From NCBI RefSeq assembly GCF_009914755.1, contig NC_060925.1: 64,000 bases of DNA; one strand, 5' to 3'. Each line of letters begins with the position of its first letter. Within the stretch, counting starts at the first letter, position 1. The DNA is from the human T2T-CHM13v2.0 reference genome, Homo sapiens. A program made the position numbers and the translations under genes. The notes under the pieces were generated by a model. That model saw nothing but the letters and a program-made list of their open reading frames with translations, searched no databases and was not told the DNA's origin. Of this stretch, positions 42,295-54,040 are shown in pieces.

Positions 42295-45200
42295 TGGTTC
42301 ATGCTAAGGAGCTAATAAAAAAAAAAAATTTCTCTCTCCACAAAAAAGAAGACAACTTGTTTCCCATTTGAATCCCAGTTCTGCCACTTGTTAAGTATAT
42401 GATCTTGGTCAAGTTATATAACCTGTTGGTTTCTGTGTGTGTGTGTTTTTTTTTTTCTCATTTGTAAAGTGAGGACAATAGGAGAGTTGTGGGGTGTTTA
42501 GAGAATTAAACGACTATTGTATTAGAGGGAAGGGGAGAAAGGGACAGAAAGTGAAGAAAAGAAGGGAGAGAGGAACAAGTCAGGAAGGAAAACCAGATCA
42601 GCTGATGAAGACAACTCAGCACAAAAGGCAGACGTGATAATATTGGAATTTCTGGCTTTAATAAGAAGCTACTAGTATAGAGGACCTTGCTGAACAGTGT
42701 AGTTGTGTCTAAGAGGGGCTCTACCTTTATATTGCTCTTTTTCCTTTTCCTCTGCTTAACATTCAGCAAGGGTAACTTTAATGATTTAAACAACAATGGA
42801 AAATGGAGGAGAGAAAATGAAGAAAATGTCCACTATGCAATGAGGAATTTTTTTAAAGGGATGGTTCCAACTGGAATGGAGTGAACGGTGTTGTTGGAAT
42901 AGTGCCCTCAGCAGGCAGAGAGTATACATATCTACAGTGTATAAATATCTCAAAATTATTTCACCATGTGATATCGTTTATTCCCTTTTATCGCATACAT
43001 TTTTTAGTCTTATTTAAAAGTTAGAATATGTTTTTAGAATAAACATATGTAATAAATAAAAAATGTTTTCCTTTCTTTTTTCTATTTGAAATGTAATCTT
43101 GGTAATTAAAGAAATGATTTTGGGGTACACAGATTCTTTTGATAATTATCACTTAGGAGGGATACAGGAATTGCCCATAACCCATACCTTTCAAAAGGAT
43201 GTTGAAGTAACAAGTGATCCCACAAGAAAGCTATGCCACCCTTGGATGAGACACCCAAGAAGTTAGAAACAAAAGTCTCCTAATGGTGATAGGAAACTGC
43301 AGCATGGAACTAATTGGAAATCATGTTTGTAATACAGAATGGTGTTTGTATTGTTTAAGATTTGTGAATATTTATTATATTTTCAAAGTATTTCTCAGTG
43401 AGCCTGGTGAAGGCACTAATCAATCAGAACAGACATCTGAACCCTTAGAAAGGACACTTATCAGTCAGGACACATGCTGGCCATTACAGAGTATGTAGGA
43501 CAGATGCTCAGCCTGCTTTTAGGAAGGAAGCCTCAAAGTTCACTTTATCTACTTCATGATGCTGGAGGGCCTCCTGGCCAATGACATTAAGGCAGTCCAA
43601 TGGATTTCCACCTGCACTGTATTTAGCCTGTGATCCCACAGAAAACCAGGACTATTATATCTTTCAATATGATATATGTCATTAAGAATTTGATAAAAAT
43701 TATTATTCTATTCTTCAGAAACGAGCACACTGCATAACACTGCCTATAATATTAGGGAGCTCAAAGATGTTAGAGTCAGCTAGACCTGGGTTTACAGCTC
43801 AATTTTGCTTCTTACTTAGCTTTGTAACCTTGAATAAGTCACTTAAGCCTTCTGAATTACTGTTTTCTCATCTGTAAAATAAAGATATTATTACCTAATC
43901 TTTAGAGCTGTTGAAAGGATAACATGAGATTCTTTCTAACTTCCTTACCTTATTCAAACTATCACAAATAAATAAGAAAAGTCTATATATAATTTTTAAA
44001 AAAATCTTCATTTGTTTGTATTTGTCTAAAGAAAAATTTGTGATACTTTTCCTTAATACAATTTTCTTTGCATGAAATTCCTTTGGAATTTTGTTAATTT
44101 CTTTTCCTTTTATATCACTCAAATCACTAAGCAGAAAATAATAGAATTGTATTGCTGTTTTGACAAGGGTGGGAGAAAATGTGTAGTTCATTTTTATTGC
44201 AGGTTTTGATTGGCTAAAAGTGTGAAAAATAATTAGTTACTCAAGTTGTCATGTAACTCTTCATGAATACAGCTCTCATTTACCATTTCCTTTAGAATCT
44301 AAGAGATGTACCTGTCTAGCTGAATATTTGCTAAATGAATCAGCAATTACTGAGATAGGATTACATGCCCACCCAATATTGACCTTCAAAATAATGAACC
44401 AAATAGCTGAGGAAGTTTATCTATATATTTTAGTAGTATTTCTTGCAATTTTGGCATTTTCTGAAACCAACTTAACATTTTCAAAATTCTTGTAATTAAT
44501 GGCTATTAGCTTATAGAAAGGACAAATGTTTCCTCTCTTCCTAGAATCTCACCTTGAATTTTGGTTGCCTGCTGGGTTACAACTGCCATTTATTCAAAGT
44601 CTACTTGACATGGTCTTTTGTTGCTGCAAAAAAACCCACAGAGTCCTTGTTTGCAGACTTTGTTTTCATATATTTTATGTAACATGTACAACAAAGTCAA
44701 CATTGTAACTAAAATTATGTGGTCATTATTCTTTGCTTGAAAATCTCTGTTGACATCAGAAGTTTACTGTATAGCTTGTCTGTTATCCTTGTAATATGTA
44801 AATTCCTTTTTCATGTTATTCAGCACTGACAGAAGCAGGCTTACTTCATTGTAAAATTATGTTAACTTGTGACTCTTTTAATTTTTCATTCTTGATTCAA
44901 ATATGTAAATAGCAATGATTCCAATTTCACATGCTTCAGTGGTTTCTTAGTAGCCATTAAAAGAAGCTGGTAGGTTCAAAAAGTCTATGTTGGTTATCAT
45001 TATAGAAAATAAAAGTCTTTGTAACTCTAGTTAGTTGCAAAACAGCCCCCTTTTGGGGCTTGCATAGCTGGAAACAATATTAGGGTACAGATTAACATGA
45101 AAAGAAAGGTGTTTGAACTTCCTGGCACACAAAGTCCAAAGATTTCATTCTTGGCTTCCAAAGGATTCAATGTTATTCAACAGTTTCCCTTTGTTGAAAA

Positions 45201-45339
45201 GTAAAAGTCCATTCTTCCTAACACATCATACCAATTTCTTCATAAAACGGTACCAATACAACTTTGCCTCCTCTGATTCTGCATTCTAAATTTCAATCCT
45301 GTGGAAATACTTGGAAATATAGTATAGAAACATAACAAA

Positions 45340-45910
45340 AAAAAAAATCCATGCCCTCATGGAGCTTACATTATAGTGAGGGGAAGTGGATAAGGCACAA
45401 AGGACAAGTAAATATACAGAAAAATCCCTGGGGATAAGTGCTGTGGCAAAAATTAATGCAGGAAGAATAGGATGGAAAATGCCAGTGTTGGTTGTAGGGT
45501 GTTTTATGACATGGTCAGGGATGGCTTTTTAGATTAGATGACAACTTAGCGGAGATATAGCAGAAGAGAACAAATGAAACACGTGGCTATCTGTAGAAAG
45601 AGTGTTCTCGGCAGAGGCAGTGCAAATGCATAGGTCCTGAGGTAGAAGGCTATTTGGAGTGTTTGAGTACTAGCAAAGTAACCAGTAGGTCTAGGGCAGA
45701 GCAGTCCAAAGCTATGTGGTCAGAATGTTAGTCAAGTAAGGGACTGGGGATTCAAGTAAAGCCTGAGAGGACATTTTCAGGACTTTGATTTTTCTCTGGG
45801 ATATCATTATTTTTACTTGATTTTATTATGGAATACCTATTCTTTGATTTTATTATGGGAGTCATTGGAACAGTTCGAGTACTTAGTGAAATGATCTTAT
45901 TTCGATTTTA
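45340..45910 (-). mobile_element. L2 fragment
   Basis: ccatgccctcatggagcttacattatagtgaggg...ggtcagggatggc...ggactttgatttttctct are typical antisense L2 motifs. Confidence 0.7.
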
Positions 45911-45927
45911 TAAAAATCTATTTGTCA

Positions 45928-46099
<172 letters not shown>

Positions 46100-46631
46100 T
46101 CAACTATGTCTGGAATAAGCTGTAGAAGATGAGAACAAAAGCTGGGAGAATAGGCTTTTGCAAAGACCTGTCATGGAGTTGTTAGTAGACCAAAGTGCCA
46201 GGTCGGTAGAAAATTATTTGTGCTATTGAACTTTTTTGTACATCTTTGGCCTGAAACATTATTTTTTTAACCACGAATTTCTCCTTCCCTTAAATCCTGA
46301 CAAAGATGCATTCATCCTTCAATACTGGTATCTAATGTCTCTCCTCTGTGGTCCTTTCTGATATGCTAGGTAGGCGATACAAGTTCTACTATGCTTGATT
46401 AGTTCTTTATGCATGGTCTATTGTACAGTTTTTACAACATTGGCTTGTACTTATTTGTTAATGTCTTCCTAATTAGATCATGAGTTCAACAAAAATATTG
46501 TGTTGTTTTAAAAATATTTATATCCCTTATACCTAGCACAAAATATAGGTATGCATTGAGGACCCCATAAGTGCTTGTCAAATGAGTAAATACCTCCAAC
46601 TGCATAACAGAAAACACTTGAAGTGACTTTC

Positions 46632-46855
46632 TTCCTTTCCTTTTTTTTTTTTTTGAGACAAGATCTCACTCTGCCACCCAGGCTGGAGTGCAGTGGTAAG
46701 ATCATGGCTCACCGCAGCCTCGACCTGCTAGGTTCAAGTGATCCTCTTACCTCACTTGTTGTCCAGTCTGGTGTCAAACTTCTGAAGTCAAGTAATCCAC
46801 CTGCCTCGGCCTCTCAAAGTGCTGGGATTACAGGCATGAACCACCGCACCCATCC
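46632..46855 (-). mobile_element. AluJ-type with internal deletion
   Basis: gatcatggctcaccgcagcctcgacc. Jumps at about 46754 from one arm to the other. Perfect TSD tgaagtgactttc (46619-46631 / 46856-46868). Confidence 0.9.
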
Positions 46856-48655
46856 TGAAGTGACTTTCCATTCCGCGAAAAATAAAATAAAATAAAAAAG
46901 CTAAATGGTCTTAGGGAAGGGATACCTAACTTCCTTTTCAAAAATTTAGAATACACCAAGTGAGGGTAAGCTGTTTGTCACCTTACCAGAACATACCATA
47001 GGTTCCAGTGTCCCTCCTTGTAGGTCACAAGAAAAATGTGATTCTATAAGTAAGAGAATGTGTCATTTTGTGAAAATTCACAGGGAGTCTCTCCTTGAGT
47101 TTGCCTACTTTCATAAAGAATAAAGGAGATACCTTTATTTTTCCTATACTGAGGCCAGACAAGTGAGATAAGTAGCATAAGTGGAGCACACTGAACCATA
47201 TCATAAGTCATTCCTCCAGATTTCTAAATGGAGACCTTATGGTACAGGTCCTGCCAGCATACTGTTATTTTTTGTTTTGTTTTATGTTTGTTTTAATAAC
47301 AGAGCTATTGCAATTAAATTACAGGAGAGCTATAGCCATAAGCATTGACTTGTCTTCTCATGGCATCTTTGACTAGAACTGAGCTGGGTGTTAAAATACT
47401 TAAGAAATTTGTAACTGGTGAATGAACATATCAAAAAATACTATACTAAGAAGAGAGATTAACCACTGATGCTGTGACCTTCCACACTCTAGGGATTTCA
47501 AGGACATCACTGATAGCAAACTTCTCACTATATATGAATAGTAAAAAGCTCGGAGGTTTAACTAAGTTTTAAAAAATGTTAAGTCAGGAGGGAATAATGG
47601 GCTAAATTTAACAGATTGAAAAGTATTAGGGATAAATGTGCAGCCCTATTTTTAGTTTCCAAGACCTAGCTACAAAAAAGCAATATGGGAAAAAATAAGA
47701 ACAATCTTAGGATACATAATGGAAATATAACGTCCAAGATGAAAAGTAATATTTCCCCTTTACCATGTACTGAAAAAGGATGTATTATATTCCATTAGGT
47801 ACTACATTTGAGGAGAAAAATAGTCAACATAGAACACACTCAGAGAGGGCAGTTAGAATGAACAAACTCAAAACACAGTTACCTGAGAAATAGCAAAAGA
47901 CACTAGAAATTTTAAGCCTGGAGGGAAAAGAAAAAGTTTAATGGGATATAAGGGAGACCATAAGATATGATATAGAAGAATTAGGGGATTCTGAAAGAAC
48001 CATTAGGATAGAAGCTTAAACAACTAGGTTAAAAAATGGCCAGTAATTTAGGGTAAATAAAAGGAATAAATTGTAAGTATTTTAAAATATGTATACTATA
48101 CTGGGCGACTTTATGAAAGAGTTATGGTACCTTCAACGGAGATGTTCAAAGGTCATTTTAGGGTGTTTTTGTCTGTTTATTTTAGCTACGTAGCAGAGAA
48201 TGATAAAGGGAGGCATTTCTTGGGTTATAGGGTGGAGTTGATAGTCTCTAGGATGTCTTCTGACTCTAATGTTCTGTGATTTTGTTGTGGTGTGGTCGTT
48301 TTATTATAATGAAATTTATTTCTCATCAATAATTAGAATGCAGTCTTAGTAATGCATAAAATGTTAACAATAATAGCATTAATGATAAAAACTATTCATC
48401 ATTTGCAGGTTCCAGACACTGTTCTTCTTTCATTAGCTAAATCTCACAGCAGCCTTATGAAATAAGACAGATGAAACATCCAGTTTTAGTGAGTTAAATA
48501 TCTGGGTAAATTTGTCCGTGGCCAGGCATTACCTTTAGGCCATGTAGGTTTGTTTTTCCTCTTACGGGTTTGTGAGAATCAAACAAAAAAACATGATTCT
48601 TAAGCAATAGTAGCTGACACTTACATGCTACTTACTGTAGCGCTAGGCACTATTC

Positions 48656-49399
48656 TTTTTTTATTTTATTTTATTATTATTATACTTTAAGTTTTAGGTT
48701 ACATGTGCACAATGTGCAGGTTTGTTACATATGTATACATGTGCCATGTTGATGCACTGCACCCATTAACTCATCATTTACCATTAGGTATATCTCCTAA
48801 TGCTATCCCTCTCCCCTCCCCCCACCCCACAACAGTCCCCGGAGTGTGATGTTCCCCTTCCTGTGTCCATGTGTTCTCATTGTTCAATTCCCACCAATGA
48901 GTGAGAATATGTGGTGTTTGGTTTTTTGTCCTTGCCATAGTTTGCTGAGAATGATGGTTTCCAGTTTCATCCATGTCCCTACAAAGGACATGAACTCTTC
49001 ATTTTTTATGGCTGCATAGTATTCCATGGTGTATATGTGCCACATTTTCTTAATCTAGTCTATCATTGTTGGACATTTGGGTTGTTTCCAAGTCTTTGCT
49101 ATTGTGAATAGTGCCACAATAAACATACGGGTGTATGTGTCTTTATAGCAGCATGATTTATAATCCTTTGGGTATATACCCAGTAGTGGGATGGCTGGGT
49201 CAAATGGTATTTCTAGTTCTAGATCCCTGAGGAATCGCCACACTGACTTCCACAATGGTTGAACCAGTTGACAGTCCCACTAACAGTGTAAAAGTGTTCC
49301 TATTTCTCCACATCCTCTCCAGCACCTGTTGTTTCCTGACTTTTTAATGATCGCCATTCTAACTGGTGTGAGATGGTATCTCATTGTGGTTTTTATTTG
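48656..49399 (-). mobile_element. 5'-truncated L1PA (about L1PA4), inserted in a MIR, no TSD
   Basis: Antisense tail, 3'UTR and ORF2 end ([31 protein letters not shown]). Lacks the Ta ACA. MIR-like sequence on both flanks. Confidence 0.92.
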
Positions 49400-50622
49400 A
49401 TTGGTGCCAAAAACAAATTCATTTTATAGATGAAGAAACTGAGGCACAGAAAGTAGCTTGATCATAGTCATAAAATTAGAAATCGGAAGAACTAAAATTC
49501 AACTCATAGCAGTCTGGTTCTGACTGCTCACATCCTTAGCCCCTACTCTACAGAATCTCTCTAACCAAGAGAAGCCTTCTTACTTTTAATGAAAAAGATA
49601 TCATTACAGTGATATTATATGAAACAGCAATAATAGGTTAAAGTGTCTAGAGACTTTTACAGTGTGTTAGCAATTCAACTTGTCTTTTTTTCTAGCTATT
49701 GAGCATCAACAACAACAGTCTAAGCCACTATTCTCCAGACCATGTTGGACAGTAAACTCAGAAGATCTCCTACAATGGTGAATTGACTGTTTTATAATGA
49801 CTATCCTTGGTGACTCCAAATGTTTCTGCACTTGATTTCATTTTACAGTTTCTAAAGAAGTGTTAGGTTGGCACTCCAAGTAGTACCTGGACATTTATGC
49901 ACTGATAAAGTGCACGCATGTGATCAATTGTAAGCAAGCCAATAGATAACATTGTAGTCAGTAACTGGCTGAAGTTCAGACAACAGGAAAAGGCTGGGTT
50001 TAACCATTTTCTAGCAGGAAAAGGCTGGGATTAACAATTTTAAAATTGTTGAGATTAATTTGAGCATGAGCATCATTTTTGTAAACTTCAGAGACAAACT
50101 ACCTGGACTGGCTTCAAGCATCAGGCAAGCAGTTTTCAGGCAAGTCTGGCAGTGAATCACAATGTCAACCTGCAATCCTTCTGCTGTCAGTGACCATGGT
50201 CTGTCACTACCAGAGGCTGCCAAAGTAAGTGCACCATGCCAAAATGTGGGAATTGCACAAATATCCAATGGGCTCCATATTGATCATTTTTTGCAGTTTA
50301 GTAATGGCAAGGGCCTTTGAAAACGCTATTGGCAAACCAGCTCTCTCTCTTTCTTCCCCATAATAATTGCAACTGAGTGACACTCTTCAAAATTACAAAC
50401 CTAAGATATTTGAAAAAGTTCTTCAGTGTGCTCGGAGTGCCTGCTTCCCCAGACTGCTGAGTTCAGCCATGTTTCAGAAGTACCCTGGAGATGTTTCTCC
50501 TGCCCATGGACATGATTTAGAAATGATTAACAGGGAGAGGCTGGAGACCACAGTGGCTCTAGCGGAGTTAAAATGTTCAGTTCTTAGAATAAAGATTTCA
50601 TTAAGACCATAGAGTTTGGATA

Positions 50623-50747
50623 TAGACCTGTCACTTTAAAATGTGCCTGCTTGACTGCTTCCACTCTGATGGGTCTTTGAAAGCCTTCCCTTCCAGAGCA
50701 GGAGAAGAGCAGAGATGCCTCAACCATACTTTAAAGTGACAGATCTG
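50623..50747. repeat. Inverted-repeat-bounded 125-bp unit, possible MITE relic
   Basis: ctgtcactttaaa (50628-50640) / tttaaagtgacag (50730-50742) is a perfect 13-bp inverted repeat, extendable with mismatches. Confidence 0.55.
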
Positions 50748-51569
50748 AATATTTAGTGTGAATGGAATCACTGTATCCTAAACCCCAAAGTAAATGTGGG
50801 AGCAGAGATGATGTATTCTGTCAGCCTAGGCTTTCAAATAAAATTGTCACAGGGAATTGCCCAGAATAGCCCAACCTAATTGCAGAAAAGGACTATAGCA
50901 ATATTAGGGAGGTATGAAGTAAGCCATTTATATTCCACGAACCATTGGTCAGCAGAGTCTATCTGTGAAATACTGAAGGTGTTGTCTGTGATTGATTTAG
51001 CATGGAACTTGTCTTCTATTTGTTTTATTTGATTCCATATATATTAGGCTTGGTTGCTTTATTGAATTTTGCAAAAATTTGTATGTGGAAAAAAGCACAA
51101 AATCTCTATATAGGTTATACACAGGTTTTATGAAAGTGGTAACTTATTCCATATAACTGAAAGACTAAGACCTAAGTGGTGTTATTTCAGGTTTCCCACT
51201 AAATGTGTGTGTTTGGATAGAGGAGGTATTATAAAGGTCTTTCCCATGAACTCATACTACAAGGTAGACCTTCTTAACATTCCTAGGCACTACTAGGTCT
51301 GCATTTGGTTGACACCTATGCAACTTTGCCACATCGATAATAAAAGGGGAAGTGTGGAAAGGCAGGAGTTTAGAAATTGTTGCTGTATAATAAAAAATCA
51401 TTTTATGCATATAAAAGAAAATAAACTATTTTTAGGGATAATGTGGAGGTACTGGAGGGCAGGAGAATGGATAGAGAAATTGAAACAACTTTCATTTTCA
51501 TTTGTGAGGGATTTGCTACTTCTTTAATGACTGAGAATAGAAACATTATTGGTTGAAAAGCCTCTTTCA

Positions 51570-52420
51570 TATTGGTGCATTTTCAGGATTCCGTCCTTTG
51601 TTCTCTTTTCACCTTATTTCTACCTCGACAACCCCGTCTAAATTCAGTTTCAACTCCATCTATTTGAAAACAGCACACACACACACACACACACACATAT
51701 AATACATATAAAATACAAATATATTAGTTGTATATACACACATAAATGCATTATATATAATACATATATATTAGTTGCTATACATATATATATCTATAAC
51801 GTTGGACTCTCTGCTGAACTCTAGACCCCATATGTATTAGGGTCTGCTACTTATCACACATCTTAAATTACATGTCATCAAGGCAACAGACAACTCTCAG
51901 TATGTTTAAAATTAAACTCATCTTTCCTTCTCCCAAAATATCTCCTCCGTTGTATATTTTATTTATATAAATAGAAACCTAGTTTTTCCTCTGAACTCCT
52001 CGTATTCCTTTCCTACCACTCCATATGATTTCTCGAGTGTGTATATTCTATCTTCTGAATATCTCCTGAATGTACACAGTTCTCTCCAACTTGGTTTCAA
52101 TTTCCTTAGTTCACATGCCCTTCATTTCATGCCTGAAATGCTGTAAAATTGTCCAGTTGTTCATACTAAAGCAAGCCTAATCTCTGATATCCCTGTGCCA
52201 TTCTACAGAGGGTGATATTATAAAATACATATCTATGATCACCATAACTTTAAGGATAATGTTTTTTCAGTAAATGTAATCTCTGCCTACATTATTATTC
52301 TCATTTCCATCATCTTCTCTCATATATGTGTTACATCAAACACATAGTTTGCTATTTCATGCTTCCAAACTTTCATACATGGTGTTGCTATCTCCTGAAA
52401 TATCAGATGCCTATTCAGCA
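51570..52420 (+). mobile_element. Decayed L2 with embedded (CA)n and TA-rich repeat (51675-51795)
   Basis: ctctctgctgaactctagacccc...aaaattaaactcatctttcc are L2-like motifs. Confidence 0.6.
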
Positions 52421-52428
52421 ACTAATAA

Positions 52429-52463
52429 CTGGGTGACAGAGCGAGACTCTGTCGAAAAAAAAA
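52429..52463 (+). mobile_element. Tiny Alu 3' tip
   Basis: ctgggtgacagagcgagactctgtcg followed by A9. Confidence 0.75.
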
Positions 52464-53769
52464 GAATTCAGTTATAAGTTATGATGACAGTGGTTTCCAC
52501 TGCAGGAAAAAACAAAAACATGCATAGACCACATGGTGTGGATAAACAGAGAAGAGAAACCTACTGTGCATTGTGAAATTTAGGGTAAAGCTTCCCACGG
52601 TTTCAGCAATAATGAGCATTGATGGATACTATTTAGTAAAACAGCTTTTCTTTTTGTGAAAAGGAGGGTAGGGAAAATATGACATTTGAATAAAGTTTTA
52701 CATTTTGAACAAGTAATAAAATTAAAATTAAAGGTTACATTTCTAGAGTCATGATTGATAACAATTGCTTGGTTTAACTGCATTTTATAGGTTAGGTAAG
52801 CAGTTTAAATTAAAAAGTGACCTACACAAATATGCAGTCTTGAAAAGAAATGAAAATTAATAGCTTTTCTTTGCAACTCTAAGAAACCTGATGGGATTTT
52901 GAATTTCGAGAGATTTGAGAAATTAGAAGGATATATTTTGTAGTGCCTTCATAAGAGACATGTTTGAAGATTTGTTTTTCTTGGAATAATGTTTCTGTTA
53001 TGACTACTAAAGCATTCCCTTGGATTTTGCAACATGTTTGAAATATAGTTTATTACGATCAATTATATTGTAAGACACCATAGTTTGTCTCTAAGGATGT
53101 GTTTGTAAAATATACCCTCCTGTCTATTGATCCTCCACAATTAAAAATCCCTCCAGGGAATCACCTGGTTACCTCAATTAGAAGAGCCTGTGATGGTTCT
53201 GTAACTCTGAGACAACTTCATATGGTGTTAATAGTCTGTGGCATAAAGTTTCAATTGTCTGCTTTTAAGTTGTAGATACTTCAAAATCTAAGGTATTATT
53301 TCCATCATGGTTTGCTTAGACAAGTACTACACTGGACTTGCATTACTAACCAATTATCCTACACTTTTGAAGGAGGTAACCAGAAGTGAACTAAATAATA
53401 GTGCATCTCTCTATATAAATTGTATATTTAAAATCTGTGATGCAGGTTATTTATTAGGTTTTCAAAGGGTGTCTCAACATGCCATTTGACCTCCAACCTT
53501 TTTACTTGTTCCTCAATACTTATGCAGATTTCAATCCTCAGTTACCAGCTCACTTTTTGAAGAGTTTTAAAAATTTTTTTGTAGTTTTATTTGTAAGCTC
53601 AACGAACATATTTAGACATTCTGGTATAACTGGATTTCATTAAGGGTGCACATCTTTCTCCAAAGTTCATTCACTACCAAATAAAACAATTGAGAATGCT
53701 GCTGAGATATTAAAATAAAACTATGGTTTGTTTGGAAAAGTTAGACATTTTCCAGATGAATTACCTAAA

Positions 53770-54040
53770 AAATTTGTTTTAAATTGTATATATTTAAGGT
53801 GTACAACATAACGTTTTGATATACATAGTGAAACTGTTACTATAGTCAAGCAAATTAACATACTTGTCATAGTTACCCTTTTATTTTTGATAAGAGCACC
53901 TAAAATCTACTTTCTCGGCAAAATTTCAACATACAATACAATATTATAGTTATATAATAATAATAATAATTATAGTTCTTATGTTGAATCTACAGACTTA
54001 TTTATCCTACATCTGCCTGCAACTTTTATACCCTTTCCCA
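53770..54040 (-). mobile_element. L1MA-type (about L1MA9) 3' end fragment
   Basis: aattgtatatatttaaggtgtacaacat...gttactatagtcaagcaaattaacata...gagcacctaaaatctact. Confidence 0.75.

Noticed and set aside
49696-49777. Possible 82-bp exon (ttttttctag acceptor, gtgaat donor)
   Set aside because: Weak donor, no partner exons and no recognisable protein. Cannot be supported without RNA data.
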